From: Malacoraja senta
Lineage: Eukaryota
Assembly (NCBI GenBank): GCA_038087875.1
Contig: JAXLNO010000089.1
Span: forward strand, 1 to 48,655
Direction of reading: 5' to 3'
DNA: 48,655 bases
Under the pieces are notes generated by a model, which worked only from the letters and a program-made list of their open reading frames with translations, was not told where the DNA came from and searched no databases. Each line of letters starts with the position of its first letter. The stretch's first letter is position 1. The translations under genes were made by a program, and so were the position numbers. This document shows positions 8,327-22,000 of the stretch, piece by piece.

Positions 8327-10866
8327 CACTTGCCTATGCATTTTCAAAGCAACCGCACTTGCCTTTGCATTTTCAAAGCAACCGCACTTGCCTTTGCATT
8401 TTCAAACCAAACGCACTTGCCTTTGCATTTTAAAAGCAACCTCACTTGCCTTTGCATTTTCAAAGCAAACCACCTTTTGCATTTTCAAAGCAAACCACGT
8501 TTTGCATTTTCAAAGCAAACCACCTTTTGCATTTTCAAAACAAACCACCCTCTGCATTTTCAAAAGAAACCACCTTTTGCATTTTCAAAGCAAACCTTTA
8601 TGTATGTTCAAAGCAAACCATCTTTTGCATTTTCAAAGCAAACCACCTTTTGCATTTTCAAAGCAAACCATCTTTTGCATTTTCAAAGCAAACCATCTTT
8701 TGCATTTTCAAAAAAACCCCACCTTTTCAAAGCAAACCACCTTTTGCATTTTCAAAGCAAACCACCTTTTAAATTTTCAAAGCAAACCACCTTTTGCATT
8801 TTCAAAGCAAACTATCTTTTGCATTTTCAAAACAAACCACCTTCTGCATTTTCAAAACAAACCACCTTCTGCATTTTCAAAACAAACCACCTTTTGAATT
8901 TCCAAAGCAAAACATTTTTCGCATTTTCAAAGCAAACCACCTTTTGCATTTTCAAAGCAAACCACCTTTTGCATTTTCAAAGCAAACCACCTTTTGCATT
9001 TTCAAAACAAACCACCCTCTGCATTTTCAAAACAAACCACCTTTTGCATTTTCAAAGCAAACCTTTATGTATGTTCAAAGCAAACCATCTTTTGCATTTT
9101 CAAAGCAAATCACCTTTTGCATTTTCAAAGCAAACCACCTTTTGCATTTTCAAAGCAAACCATCTTTTGCATTTTCAAAACAAACCACCTTTTCAAAGCA
9201 AACCACCTTTTGCATTTTCAAAGCAAACCACCTTTTAAATTTTCAAAGCAAACCACCTTTTGCATTTTCAAAGCAAACCATCTTTTGCATTTTCAAAACA
9301 AACCACCTTCTGCATTTTCAAAACAAACCACCTTCTGCATTTTCAAAACAAACCACCTTTTGAATTTCCAAAGCAAAACATTTTTCGCATTTTCAAAGCA
9401 AACCACCTTTTGCATTTTCAAAGCAAACCACCTTTTGCATTTTCAAAGCAAACCACCTTTTGCATTTTCAAAACAAACCACCTTTTGCATTTTCAAAACA
9501 AACAACCTTTTGCATTTTCAAAGCAAACCACCTTTTCAAAGCAAACCACCTTTTGCATTTTCAAAGCAAACCACCTTTTGCATTTTCAAAGCAAACCACC
9601 TTTTGCATTTTCAAAGCAAACCGCCTTTTGCATTTTCAAAACAAACCACCTTTCGTATTTTCAATACAAACCACCTTTTGCATTTTCAAAGAAAACACAT
9701 TTTGCATTTTCAAAGCAATTTTTTCCGCATTTTCAAAACAAACCAGCTTTTGCATATTCAAAGCAAACCACCTTTTGCAATTTAAAAGCAAAGCACCTTT
9801 TGCATTTTCAAAGCAAACCAGTTTTAGCATTTTCGAAGCAAACCACCTTTTGCATTTTCCAAGCAAACCACATTTTTGCATTTTCAAAGCAAACCCCCTT
9901 TAACATTTTCAAAGCAAACTACCTTTTGCACTTTCAAAGCAAACGACCTTTTGCATTTTCAAAGCAAATCACCTTTTGCATTTTCAAAGACCACCACCTT
10001 TTGCATTTTCAAAGTAAACCACCTTTTGCATTTTCAATGCAAACCAGCAAACCACCTTTTGCATTTTCAAAACAAACCACTTTTTGCTTTTTCAAAGCAA
10101 ACCACATTTAGCGTTTTCAAAGCAAATCACCTTTTGCATTTTCAAAGCAAACCGCCGTTTGCATTTTCAAAGCAAACCACCTTTTGCATTTTCAAAGCAA
10201 ACCACGTTTGAATTTTCAGAGCAAACCACCTTTTGCATTTCAATGCAAACCATGTTTTGCATTTTCAAAGCAAACCACTTTGTGCAATTTCAAAGCAAAC
10301 AACGTTCTGCTTTTTCAATGCAAACCACCTTATGCATTTTCAAAGCAAACCACCTATTCTAAGCAAACCACCTTTTGCATTTTCATGGCAAACCACCTTT
10401 TGCATTCTCAAAGCAAATCACCTTTTGCATTTTCAAAGCAAAGCACATTTTGTATTTTCAAAGTAAACCACCTTTTGCATTTTCAAAGCAAACCACCTTT
10501 TGCATTTTCAAAGCAAACCACTTTTTGCAATTTCAAAGCGAACCACCTTTTATATTTTCAAAGGAAACCACCTTATGCATTTTCAAAGCAAACCACCTTT
10601 TCAAAGCGAACCACCATTTGCATTTTCAAAGCAAACCATCTTTTGCATTTTCAAAGCAAACCTTTTTGCATTTTCAAAGCCAACCATCTTTTGCATTTTC
10701 AAAGCAAACCACCTTACGCATTTTCAAAGCAAACCACCTTTTCAAAGCAAACCACATTTTGCATTTTCAAACCAAACCACCTTTTGCATTTTCAAAGCAA
10801 ACCACCTTTTGCATTTTCAAAGCAAACCACCTTTTGCATTTTCAAAACAAACCACCTTTTGCATTT
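8327..10866. repeat. 25-bp satellite array 1, preceded by ~4-5 29-bp units
   Basis: Consensus GCATTTTCAAAGCAAACCACCTTTT; the first units are GCATTTTCAAAGCAACCGCACTTGCCTTT. Confidence 0.97.
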
Positions 10867-11665
10867 TCAGCACCATCTCTCCAGTAAGTCACGGAATGAG
10901 CGGCAATTTTGCGGGAATTTAGCATTAAACACAGTCCTGATCTAATAAAACGTTTATTCACTGTTTTTCCTTCCAAAAACGGTTGCACAGCAAGCCACAT
11001 TTAAAACGCAAGCCACATTAAAACGCAAGCCACATTTATAAAGCAAATCACATTTTAAAATATAGGCACAGCTTAGCGGCACAGTCAAAAGGCACAGTTT
11101 TCAATTAGCGGCAACGTCAAAAGGCACACTTCTCAATTAGCGGCACAGTCAAGAGGCGCACTTTTCAATTAGCGACACCGTCAAAAGGCACTCTTTTCAA
11201 TTAGCGGCACAGTCAAAAGGCACACTTTTAAATTAGCGGCACATTCAAAAGGCACGTAAAAACATTTATTCCTTCCAAACACAGTTCCAAATAAACCACA
11301 TAAAAGCACATAAAACCACACTCACAGTTTAGGGGACATGTGTTCAGTGATCAGTTTATTCACTGCTCAGACTGAGAGTCGTGAACTCTCCCTCCCTCAT
11401 CTTGCAGCGACTGCGGCAATTCCACACTTCCGGGTTTATAGTCCCCCCTCCCACCGGATGGGGCGTGTCCTCCATGGCATGATTGACAGGAGAGTGAATT
11501 TCAACATTATTTAAACATTTATAAGTCTTATATTTTTCATCTATGGCCCTGAGAGCTGGAGGGGGACTGAGTAATATGGCCAAAAATCGAAGCCGTGAGT
11601 GGAAGTGATTTTTCTAAAACCAATATACAGTGCAAACAGGAAGTGGTCAAGACTTGACTTTGAAT
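10867..11665. repeat. Spacer block copy 2
   Basis: Highly similar to 7474-8326, with an extra 11 bp near the start and fewer 32-bp subrepeats. Confidence 0.92.
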
Positions 11666-12309
11666 CACTTGCCTATGCATTTTCAAAGCAACCGCACTTG
11701 CCTTTGCAATTTCAAAGCAACCGCACTTGCCTTTGCATTTTCAAACCAAACGCACTTGCCTTTACATTTTAAAAGCAACCTCACTTGCCTTTGCATTTTC
11801 AAAGCAAATCACCTTTTGCATTTTCATGGCAAACCACCTTTTGCATTTTCAAAGCAAGTCACCTTTTGCATTTTCAAAGCAAAGCACATTTTGTATTTTC
11901 AAAGCAAACCACCTTTTGCATTTTCAAAGCAAACCACCTTTTGCATTTTCAAAGCAAACCACCTTTTGCATTTTCAAAGCAAACCACTTTTTGCAATTTC
12001 AATGCGAACCACCTTTTATATTTTGAAAGCAAACCACCTAATGCATTTTCAAAGCAAACCACCTTTTCAAAGCGAACCACCATTTGCATTTTCAAAGCAA
12101 ACCACCTTTTGCATTTTCAAAGCAAACCACCTTTTGCATTTTCAAAGCAAACCACCTTATGCATTTTCAAAGCAAACCACCTTTTCAAAGCGAACCACCA
12201 TTTGCATTTTCAAAACAAACCATCTTTTGCATTTTCAAAGCAAACCACCTTTTGCATTTTCAAAGCAAACCACCTTTTGCAGTTTCAAAACAAACCACCT
12301 TTTGCATTT
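11666..12309. repeat. 25-bp satellite array 2, again led by 29-bp units
   Basis: Same consensus and same leading 29-bp units as array 1. Confidence 0.95.
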
Positions 12310-13055
12310 TCAGCACCATCTCTCCACTAAGTCACGGAATGAGCGGCAATTTTGCGGGAATTTTGCATTAAACACAGTCCTGATGTAATAAAACGTTTAT
12401 TCACTGTTATTCCTTCCAAAAACGGTTGCACAGCAAGCCACATTTAAAACGCAAGCCACATTAAAACGCAAGCCACATTTATAAAGCAAATCACATTTTA
12501 AAATATAGGCACAGCTTAGCGGCACAGTCAAAAGGCACAGTTTTCATTTGGCGGCACCGTCAAAAGGCACACTTTTCAATTAGCAGCACAGTCAAGAGGC
12601 ACACTTTTCAATTAGCGACACCGTCAAAAGGCACTCGTTTCAATTAGCGGCACAGTCAAAAGGCACACTTTTAAATTAGCGGCACATTCAAAAGGCACGT
12701 AAAAACATTTATTCCTTCCAAACACAGTTCCAAATAAACCACATAAAAGCACATAAAACCACACTCACAGTTTAGCGGACATGTGTTAAGTGATCAGTTT
12801 ATTCACTGCTCAGACTGAGAGTCGTGAACTCTCCCTCCCCCATCTTCCAGCGACTGTGGCAAGTCCACACTTCCGGGTTTATAGTCCCCCCCTCCCACCG
12901 GATGGGGCGTGTCCTCCATGGCATGATTGACAGGAGAGAGAATTTTAACATTATTTAAACATTTATAAGTCTTATATTTTTCATCTATGGCCCTGACAGC
13001 TGGAGGGGGACTGAGTAATATGGCCAAAAATCGAAGCCGTGAGTGGAAGTGATTT
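12310..13055. repeat. Spacer block copy 3, right end deleted
   Basis: Matches copy 2 until GGAAGTGATTTTT, then jumps to AAAGCAACCTCACTTGCC; about 155 bp are missing relative to copy 2. Confidence 0.9.
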
Positions 13056-16000
13056 TTTTAAAAGCAACCTCACTTGCCTTTGCATTTTCAAAGCAAACCA
13101 CCTTTTGCATTTTCAAAGCAAACTACGTTTTGCATTTTCAAAGCAAACCTTTATGTATTTTCAAAGCAAACCATCGTTTGCATTTTCAAAGCAAACCACC
13201 TTTTGCATTTTCAAAGCAAACCAACTTTTGCATTTTCAAAGCAAACAACCTTTTGCATTTTCAAAACAAACCACCTTTTGCATTTTCAAAACAAACAACC
13301 TTTTGCATTTTCAAAGCAAACAACCCTTTCAAAGCAAACCACCTTTTACATTTTCAAAGCAAACCACCTTTTGCATTTTCAAAGCAAACCACCTTTTGCA
13401 TTTTCAAAGCAAAGTACCTTTTGCATTTTCAAAGCAAACCACCTTTTGCATTTTGAAAACAAACCACCTTCTGCATTTTCAAAACAAACCACCTTTTGCA
13501 TTTTCAAAGCAAACCTTTATGTATTTTCAAAGCAAACCATCTTTTGCATTTTCAAAGCAAACCACCTTATGCATTTTCAAAGCAAACCACCTATTCAAAG
13601 CAAACCACCTTTTGCATTTTCAATGCAAACCACCTTTTACATTTTCAAAGCAAACCACCTTTTGCATTTTCAAAGCAAACCACCTTTTGCATTTTCAAAG
13701 CAAACCACCTTTTGCATTTTCAAAACAAACCACCTTTTGTATTTTCAATACAAACCACCTTTTGCATTTTCAAAGAAACCACATTTTGCATTTTCAAAGC
13801 AATTTTTTTTCGCATTTTCAAAACAAACCAGCTTTTGCATTTTCAAAGCAAACCACCTTTTGCATTTTCAAAGCAAACGACCTTTTGCATTTTCAAAGCA
13901 AACCACCTTTTGCATTTTCAAAACAAACCACCTTTTGTATTTTCAATACAAACCACCTTTTGCATTTTCGAAGAAACCACATTTTGCATTTTCAAAGCAA
14001 TTTTTTTTCGCATTTTCAAAACAAACCAGCTTTTGCATTTTCAAAGCAAACCACCTTTTGCAATTTCAATGCAAACCAGCAAACCACCTTTTGCATTTTC
14101 AAAGCAAACCACTTTTTGCATTTTCAAAGCAAACCAGTTTTAGCATTTTCAAAGCAAACCACCTTTTGCATTTTACAAGCAAACCGCATTTTTGCATTTT
14201 CAAAGCAAACCCCCTTTAACATTTTCAAAGCAAACTACCTTTTGCACTTTCAAAGCAAACGACCTTTTGCATTTTCAAAGCAAACCACCTTTTGCATTTT
14301 CAAAACAAACCACCTTTTGTATTTTCAATAAAAACCACCTTTTGCATTTTCGAAGAAACCACATTTTGCATTTTCAAAGCAATTTTTTTTCGCATTTTCA
14401 AAACAAACCAGCTTTTGCATTTTCAAAGCAAACCACCTTTTGCAATTTCAATGCAAACCAGCAAACCACCTTTTGCATTTTCAAAGCAAACCACTTTTTG
14501 CATTTTCAAAGCAAACCAGTTTTAGCATTTTCAAAGCAAACCACCTTTTGCATTTTACAAGCAAACCGCATTTTTGCATTTTCAAAGCAAACCCCCTTTA
14601 ACATTTTCAAAGCAAACTACCTTTTGCACTTTCAAAGCAAACGACCTTTTGCATTTTCAAAGCAAATCACTGTTTGCATTTTCAAAGCCCACCACCTTTT
14701 GCATTTTCAAAGCAAACCACTTTTTGCATTTTCAAAGCAAACCACATTTAGCATTTTCAAAGCAAATCACCTTTTGCATTTTCAAAGCAAACCACCTTTT
14801 GCATTTTCAAATAAAACACCTTTTGCATTTTCAATGCAAACAGCAAACCACCTTTTGCATTTTCAAAGCAAACCCCTTTTTGCATTTTCAAAGCAAACCA
14901 CATTTTGAATTTTCAAAGCAAACCAACTTTTACATTTCAAAGCAAACCACGTTTTGCATTTTCAAAGCAAACCACTTTGTGCAATTTCAAAGCAAACAAC
15001 GTTCTGCATTTTCAATGCAAACCACCTAATGCATTTTCAAAGCAAAACACCTATTCTAAGCAAACCACCTTTTGCATTTTCATGGCAAACCACCTTTTGC
15101 ATTTTCAAAGCAAATCACCTTTTGCATTTTCAAAGCAAAGCACATTTTGTATTTTCAAAGCAAACCACCTTTTGCATTTTCAAAGCAAACCACCTTTTGC
15201 ATTTTCAAAGCAAACCACCTTTTGCATTTTCAAAGCAAACCACTTTTTGCAATTTCAAAGCGAACCAACTTTTATATTTTCAAAGCAAACCACCTGATGC
15301 ATTTTCAAAGCAAACCACCTTTTCAAAGCGAACCACCATTTGCATTTTAAAAGCAAACCACTTTTTTGCATTTTCAAATCAAACCACATTTAACATTTTC
15401 AAAGCAAACCACCTTTTGCATTTTCAAAGCAAACGACCTTTTGCATTTTCAAAGCAAACCACCTTTTGCATTTTCAAAGCAAACCACGCTTTGAATTTTC
15501 AAAGCAAACCACCTTTTGCATTTCAAAGCAAACCACGTTTTGCATTTTAAAAGCAAAGCACTTTTTGCATTTTCAAAGCAAACCACATTTAGCATTTTCA
15601 AAGCAAATCACCTTTTGCATTTTCAAAGCAAACCACCTTTTGCATTTTCAAAGCAAACCAACATTTCCATTTTAAAACCAAACCACCTTTTGCATTTTAA
15701 AACCAAAACACCTTTTGCATTTTAAAAGCAAACCATCTTTTGCATATTAAAAGCAAGCCACCTTTTGCATTTTCAAAGCAAACCACCTTTTGTATTTTCA
15801 AAGCAAACCACCTTTTGCATTATCAAAGCAAAACACTTTTTGCTATTTCAAAACAAACTACCTTTTGCATTTTCAAAGCAAACCACATTTTGCATTTTCA
15901 AAGCAAACCACTTTTTGGCATTTTTATACCAAACCACATTTTGCATTTTCAATGAAAACCAACATTTGCATTTTCAAAGCAAACCACCTTTTGCATTTTC

Positions 16001-19000
16001 AATGAAAACCAACATTTGCATTTTCAAAGCAAACCACCTTTTGCATTTTTAAAAGCAAACCACCTTTTGCATTTTCAAAGCAAACCACCATTTGCATATT
16101 AAAAGCAAGCCACTTTTTGCATTTTCAAATCAAACCACGTTTTGTATTTTCAAAGCAAACCACATTTTGCATTTTCAAAGCAAACCACTTTTTTGCAATT
16201 TCAAAGCAAACCATCTTTTGCATTTTCAAAGCAAACCACCTTTTCCATTTTCAAGCAAACCATCTACTGCATTATAAAATCAAATCTTTTTGCATTTTTA
16301 AAGCAAACCACCTTTTGCATTTTCAAAGCAAACCACCTTTTCCATTTTCAAAGCAAACCATCTACTGCATTTTTAAAGCAAACCTTTTTGCATTTTCAAA
16401 GGAAACCACCTTTTGCATTTTCAATCCACCTTTTGCATTTTCAATCCACCTTTTCCATTTTCAAAGTAAACCATCTACTGCTTTTTTAAAGCAAACCTTT
16501 TTGCATTTTCAAAGCATACCATCTTTTGCATTTTCAAAGCAAACCACTTTTTGCTATTTCAAAACAAACCACCCTTTGCATTTTCAAAGCAAACCACCTT
16601 TTGCATTTTCAAAGCAAACCACCTTGTGTATTTTCAAAGCTAACCACCTTTTTCATTTTCAATGCAAACCAGCAAACCAACTTTTGCATTTTCATAGCAA
16701 ACCTTTTGCATTTTCAAAGCAAACGACCTTTTGCATTTTGAAAGAAAACCACATTTTGCATTTTGAAAGCAAACCTCCTTTTGGCATTTTTATAGCAAAC
16801 CACCTTTTTCCTTTTCATAGCAAACCACCATTTGCATTTTCAAAGCAAACCACTTTTTGCAATTTCAAAGCAAACCAACGTTTGCATTTTCAATGCAACC
16901 CACCTTTTTCATTTTAAAAGCAAACCACCTTTTGCATTTTCAAAGCAAACCACCTTTTGCATTATCAAAGCAAACCACCACTTGCATTTTCATAGCAAAC
17001 CACCATTTACCCTTCAAAGCAAACCATTATTTGCATTTTCAAAGCAAACCTTTTGCATTTTCAAAGTAAACCCTTTGCATTTTCAAAGCAAACCTTTAGC
17101 ATTTTCAAAGCAAACCAGCTTTTTCATATTCAAAGCAAACCATCTTTTGCATTTTCAAAGCAAACCACCTTTTGCATTTTCAAAGCATACCATCTTTTGC
17201 AATTTCAAAGCAATCCACCATTTGCATTTCCATTAAAAAGCAGCTTTTGCATTTTCACATTTTGAATTTTCAAAGCAAACCAACTTTTACATTTCAAAGC
17301 AAACCACGTTTTGCATTTTCAAAGCAAACCACTTTGTGCAATTTCAAAGCAAACAACGTTCTGCATTTTCAATGCAAACCACCTAATGCATTTTCAAAGC
17401 AAAACACCTATTCTAAGCAAACCACCTTTTGCATTTTCATGGCAAACCACCTTTTGCATTTTCAAAGCAAATCACCTTTTGCATTTTCAAAGCAAAGCAC
17501 ATTTTGTATTTTCAAAGCAAACCACCTTTTGCATTTTCAAAGCAAACCACCTTTTGCATTTTCAAAGCAAACCACCTTTTGCATTTTCAAAGCAAACCAC
17601 TTTTTGCAATTTCAAAGCGAACCAACTTTTATATTTTCAAAGCAAACCACCTGATGCATTTTCAAAGCAAACCACCTTTTCAAAGCGAACCACCATTTGC
17701 ATTTTAAAAGCAAACCACTTTTTTGCATTTTCAAATCAAACCACATTTAACATTTTCAAAGCAAACCACCTTTTGCATTTTCAAAGCAAACGACCTTTTG
17801 CATTTTCAAAGCAAACCACCTTTTGCATTTTCAAAGCAAATCACGCTTTGAATTTTCAAAGCAAACCACCTTTTGCATTTCAAAGCAAACCACGTTTTGC
17901 ATTTTAAAAGCAAAGCACTTTTTGCATTTTCAAAGCAAACCACATTTAGCATTTTCAAAGCAAATCACCTTTTGCATTTTCAAAGCAAACCACCTTTTGC
18001 ATTTTCAAAGCAAACCAACATTTCCATTTTAAAACCAAACCACCTTTTGCATTTTAAAACCAAAACACCTTTTGCATTTTAAAAGCAAACCATCTTTTGC
18101 ATATTAAAAGCAAGCCACCTTTTGCATTTTCAAAGCAAACCACCTTTTGTATTTTCAAAGCAAACCACCTTTTGCATTATCAAAGCAAAACACTTTTTGC
18201 TATTTCAAAACAAACTACCTTTTGCATTTTCAAAGCAAACCACATTTTGCATTTTCAAAGCAAACCACTTTTTGGCATTTTTATACCAAACCACATTTTG
18301 CATTTTCAATGAAAACCAACATTTGCATTTTCAAAGCAAACCACCTTTTGCATTTTCAATGAAAACCAACATTTGCATTTTCAAAGCAAACCACCTTTTG
18401 CATTTTTAAAAGCAAACCACCTTTTGCATTTTCAAAGCAAACCACCATTTGCATATTAAAAGCAAGCCACTTTTTGCATTTTCAAATCAAACCACGTTTT
18501 GTATTTTCAAAGCAAACCACATTTTGCATTTTCAAAGCAAACCACTTTTTTGCAATTTCAAAGCAAACCATCTTTTGCATTTTCAAAGCAAACCACCTTT
18601 TCCATTTTCAAGCAAACCATCTACTGCATTATAAAATCAAATCTTTTTGCATTTTTAAAGCAAACCACCTTTTGCATTTTCAAAGCAAACCACCTTTTCC
18701 ATTTTCAAAGCAAACCATCTACTGCATTTTTAAAGCAAACCTTTTTGCATTTTCAAAGGAAACCACCTTTTGCATTTTCAATCCACCTTTTGCATTTTCA
18801 ATCCACCTTTTCCATTTTCAAAGTAAACCATCTACTGCTTTTTTAAAGCAAACCTTTTTGCATTTTCAAAGCATACCATCTTTTGCATTTTCAAAGCAAA
18901 CCACTTTTTGCTATTTCAAAACAAACCACCCTTTGCATTTTCAAAGCAAACCACCTTTTGCATTTTCAAAGCAAACCACCTTGTGTATTTTCAAAGCTAA

Positions 19001-22000
19001 CCACCTTTTTCATTTTCAATGCAAACCAGCAAACCAACTTTTGCATTTTCATAGCAAACCTTTTGCATTTTCAAAGCAAACGACCTTTTGCATTTTGAAA
19101 GAAAACCACATTTTGCATTTTGAAAGCAAACCTCCTTTTGGCATTTTTATAGCAAACCACCTTTTTCCTTTTCATAGCAAACCACCATTTGCATTTTCAA
19201 AGCAAACCACTTTTTGCAATTTCAAAGCAAACCAACGTTTGCATTTTCAATGCAACCCACCTTTTTCATTTTAAAAGCAAACCACCTTTTGCATTTTCAA
19301 AGCAAACCACCTTTTGCATTATCAAAGCAAACCACCACTTGCATTTTCATAGCAAACCACCATTTACCCTTCAAAGCAAACCATTATTTGCATTTTCAAA
19401 GCAAACCTTTTGCATTTTCAAAGTAAACCCTTTGCATTTTCAAAGCAAACCTTTAGCATTTTCAAAGCAAACCAGCTTTTTCATATTCAAAGCAAACCAT
19501 CTTTTGCATTTTCAAAGCAAACCACCTTTTGCATTTTCAAAGCATACCATCTTTTGCAATTTCAAAGCAATCCACCATTTGCATTTCCATTAAAAAGCAG
19601 CTTTTGCATTTTCACATTTTGAATTTTCAAAGCAAACCAACTTTTACATTTCAAAGCAAACCACGTTTTGCATTTTCAAAGCAAACCACTTTGTGCAATT
19701 TCAAAGCAAACAACGTTCTGCATTTTCAATGCAAACCACCTAATGCATTTTCAAAGCAAAACACCTATTCTAAGCAAACCACCTTTTGCATTTTCATGGC
19801 AAACCACCTTTTGCATTTTCAAAGCAAATCACCTTTTGCATTTTCAAAGCAAAGCACATTTTGTATTTTCAAAGCAAACCACCTTTTGCATTTTCAAAGC
19901 AAACCACCTTTTGCATTTTCAAAGCAAACCACCTTTTGCATTTTCAAAGCAAACCACTTTTTGCAATTTCAAAGCGAACCAACTTTTATATTTTCAAAGC
20001 AAACCACCTGATGCATTTTCAAAGCAAACCACCTTTTCAAAGCGAACCACCATTTGCATTTTAAAAGCAAACCACTTTTTTGCATTTTCAAATCAAACCA
20101 CATTTAACATTTTCAAAGCAAACCACCTTTTGCATTTTCAAAGCAAACGACCTTTTGCATTTTCAAAGCAAACCACCTTTTGCATTTTCAAAGCAAACCA
20201 CGCTTTGAATTTTCAAAGCAAACCACCTTTTGCATTTCAAAGCAAACCACGTTTTGCATTTTAAAAGCAAAGCACTTTTTGCATTTTCAAAGCAAACCAC
20301 ATTTAGCATTTTCAAAGCAAATCACCTTTTGCATTTTCAAAGCAAACCACCTTTTGCATTTTCAAAGCAAACCAACATTTCCATTTTAAAACCAAACCAC
20401 CTTTTGCATTTTAAAACCAAAACACCTTTTGCATTTTAAAAGCAAACCATCTTTTGCATATTAAAAGCAAGCCACCTTTTGCATTTTCAAAGCAAACCAC
20501 CTTTTGTATTTTCAAAGCAAACCACCTTTTGCATTATCAAAGCAAAACACTTTTTGCTATTTCAAAACAAACTACCTTTTGCATTTTCAAAGCAAACCAC
20601 ATTTTGCATTTTCAAAGCAAACCACTTTTTGGCATTTTTATACCAAACCACATTTTGCATTTTCAATGAAAACCAACATTTGCATTTTCAAAGCAAACCA
20701 CCTTTTGCATTTTCAATGAAAACCAACATTTGCATTTTCAAAGCAAACCACCTTTTGCATTTTTAAAAGCAAACCACCTTTTGCATTTTCAAAGCAAACC
20801 ACCATTTGCATATTAAAAGCAAGCCACTTTTTGCATTTTCAAATCAAACCACGTTTTGTATTTTCAAAGCAAACCACATTTTGCATTTTCAAAGCAAACC
20901 ACTTTTTTGCAATTTCAAAGCAAACCATCTTTTGCATTTTCAAAGCAAACCACCTTTTCCATTTTCAAGCAAACCATCTACTGCATTATAAAATCAAATC
21001 TTTTTGCATTTTTAAAGCAAACCACCTTTTGCATTTTCAAAGCAAACCACCTTTTCCATTTTCAAAGCAAACCATCTACTGCATTTTTAAAGCAAACCTT
21101 TTTGCATTTTCAAAGGAAACCACCTTTTGCATTTTCAATCCACCTTTTGCATTTTCAATCCACCTTTTCCATTTTCAAAGTAAACCATCTACTGCTTTTT
21201 TAAAGCAAACCTTTTTGCATTTTCAAAGCATACCATCTTTTGCATTTTCAAAGCAAACCACTTTTTGCTATTTCAAAACAAACCACCCTTTGCATTTTCA
21301 AAGCAAACCACCTTTTGCATTTTCAAAGCAAACCACCTTGTGTATTTTCAAAGCTAACCACCTTTTTCATTTTCAATGCAAACCAGCAAACCAACTTTTG
21401 CATTTTCATAGCAAACCTTTTGCATTTTCAAAGCAAACGACCTTTTGCATTTTGAAAGAAAACCACATTTTGCATTTTGAAAGCAAACCTCCTTTTGGCA
21501 TTTTTATAGCAAACCACCTTTTTCCTTTTCATAGCAAACCACCATTTGCATTTTCAAAGCAAACCACTTTTTGCAATTTCAAAGCAAACCAACGTTTGCA
21601 TTTTCAATGCAACCCACCTTTTTCATTTTAAAAGCAAACCACCTTTTGCATTTTCAAAGCAAACCACCTTTTGCATTATCAAAGCAAACCACCACTTGCA
21701 TTTTCATAGCAAACCACCATTTACCCTTCAAAGCAAACCATTATTTGCATTTTCAAAGCAAACCTTTTGCATTTTCAAAGTAAACCCTTTGCATTTTCAA
21801 AGCAAACCTTTAGCATTTTCAAAGCAAACCAGCTTTTTCATATTCAAAGCAAACCATCTTTTGCATTTTCAAAGCAAACCACCTTTTGCATTTTCAAAGC
21901 ATACCATCTTTTGCAATTTCAAAGCAATCCACCATTTGCATTTCCATTAAAAAGCAGCTTTTGCATTTTCAATGCAAACCAGCAAACCACCTTTTGCATT

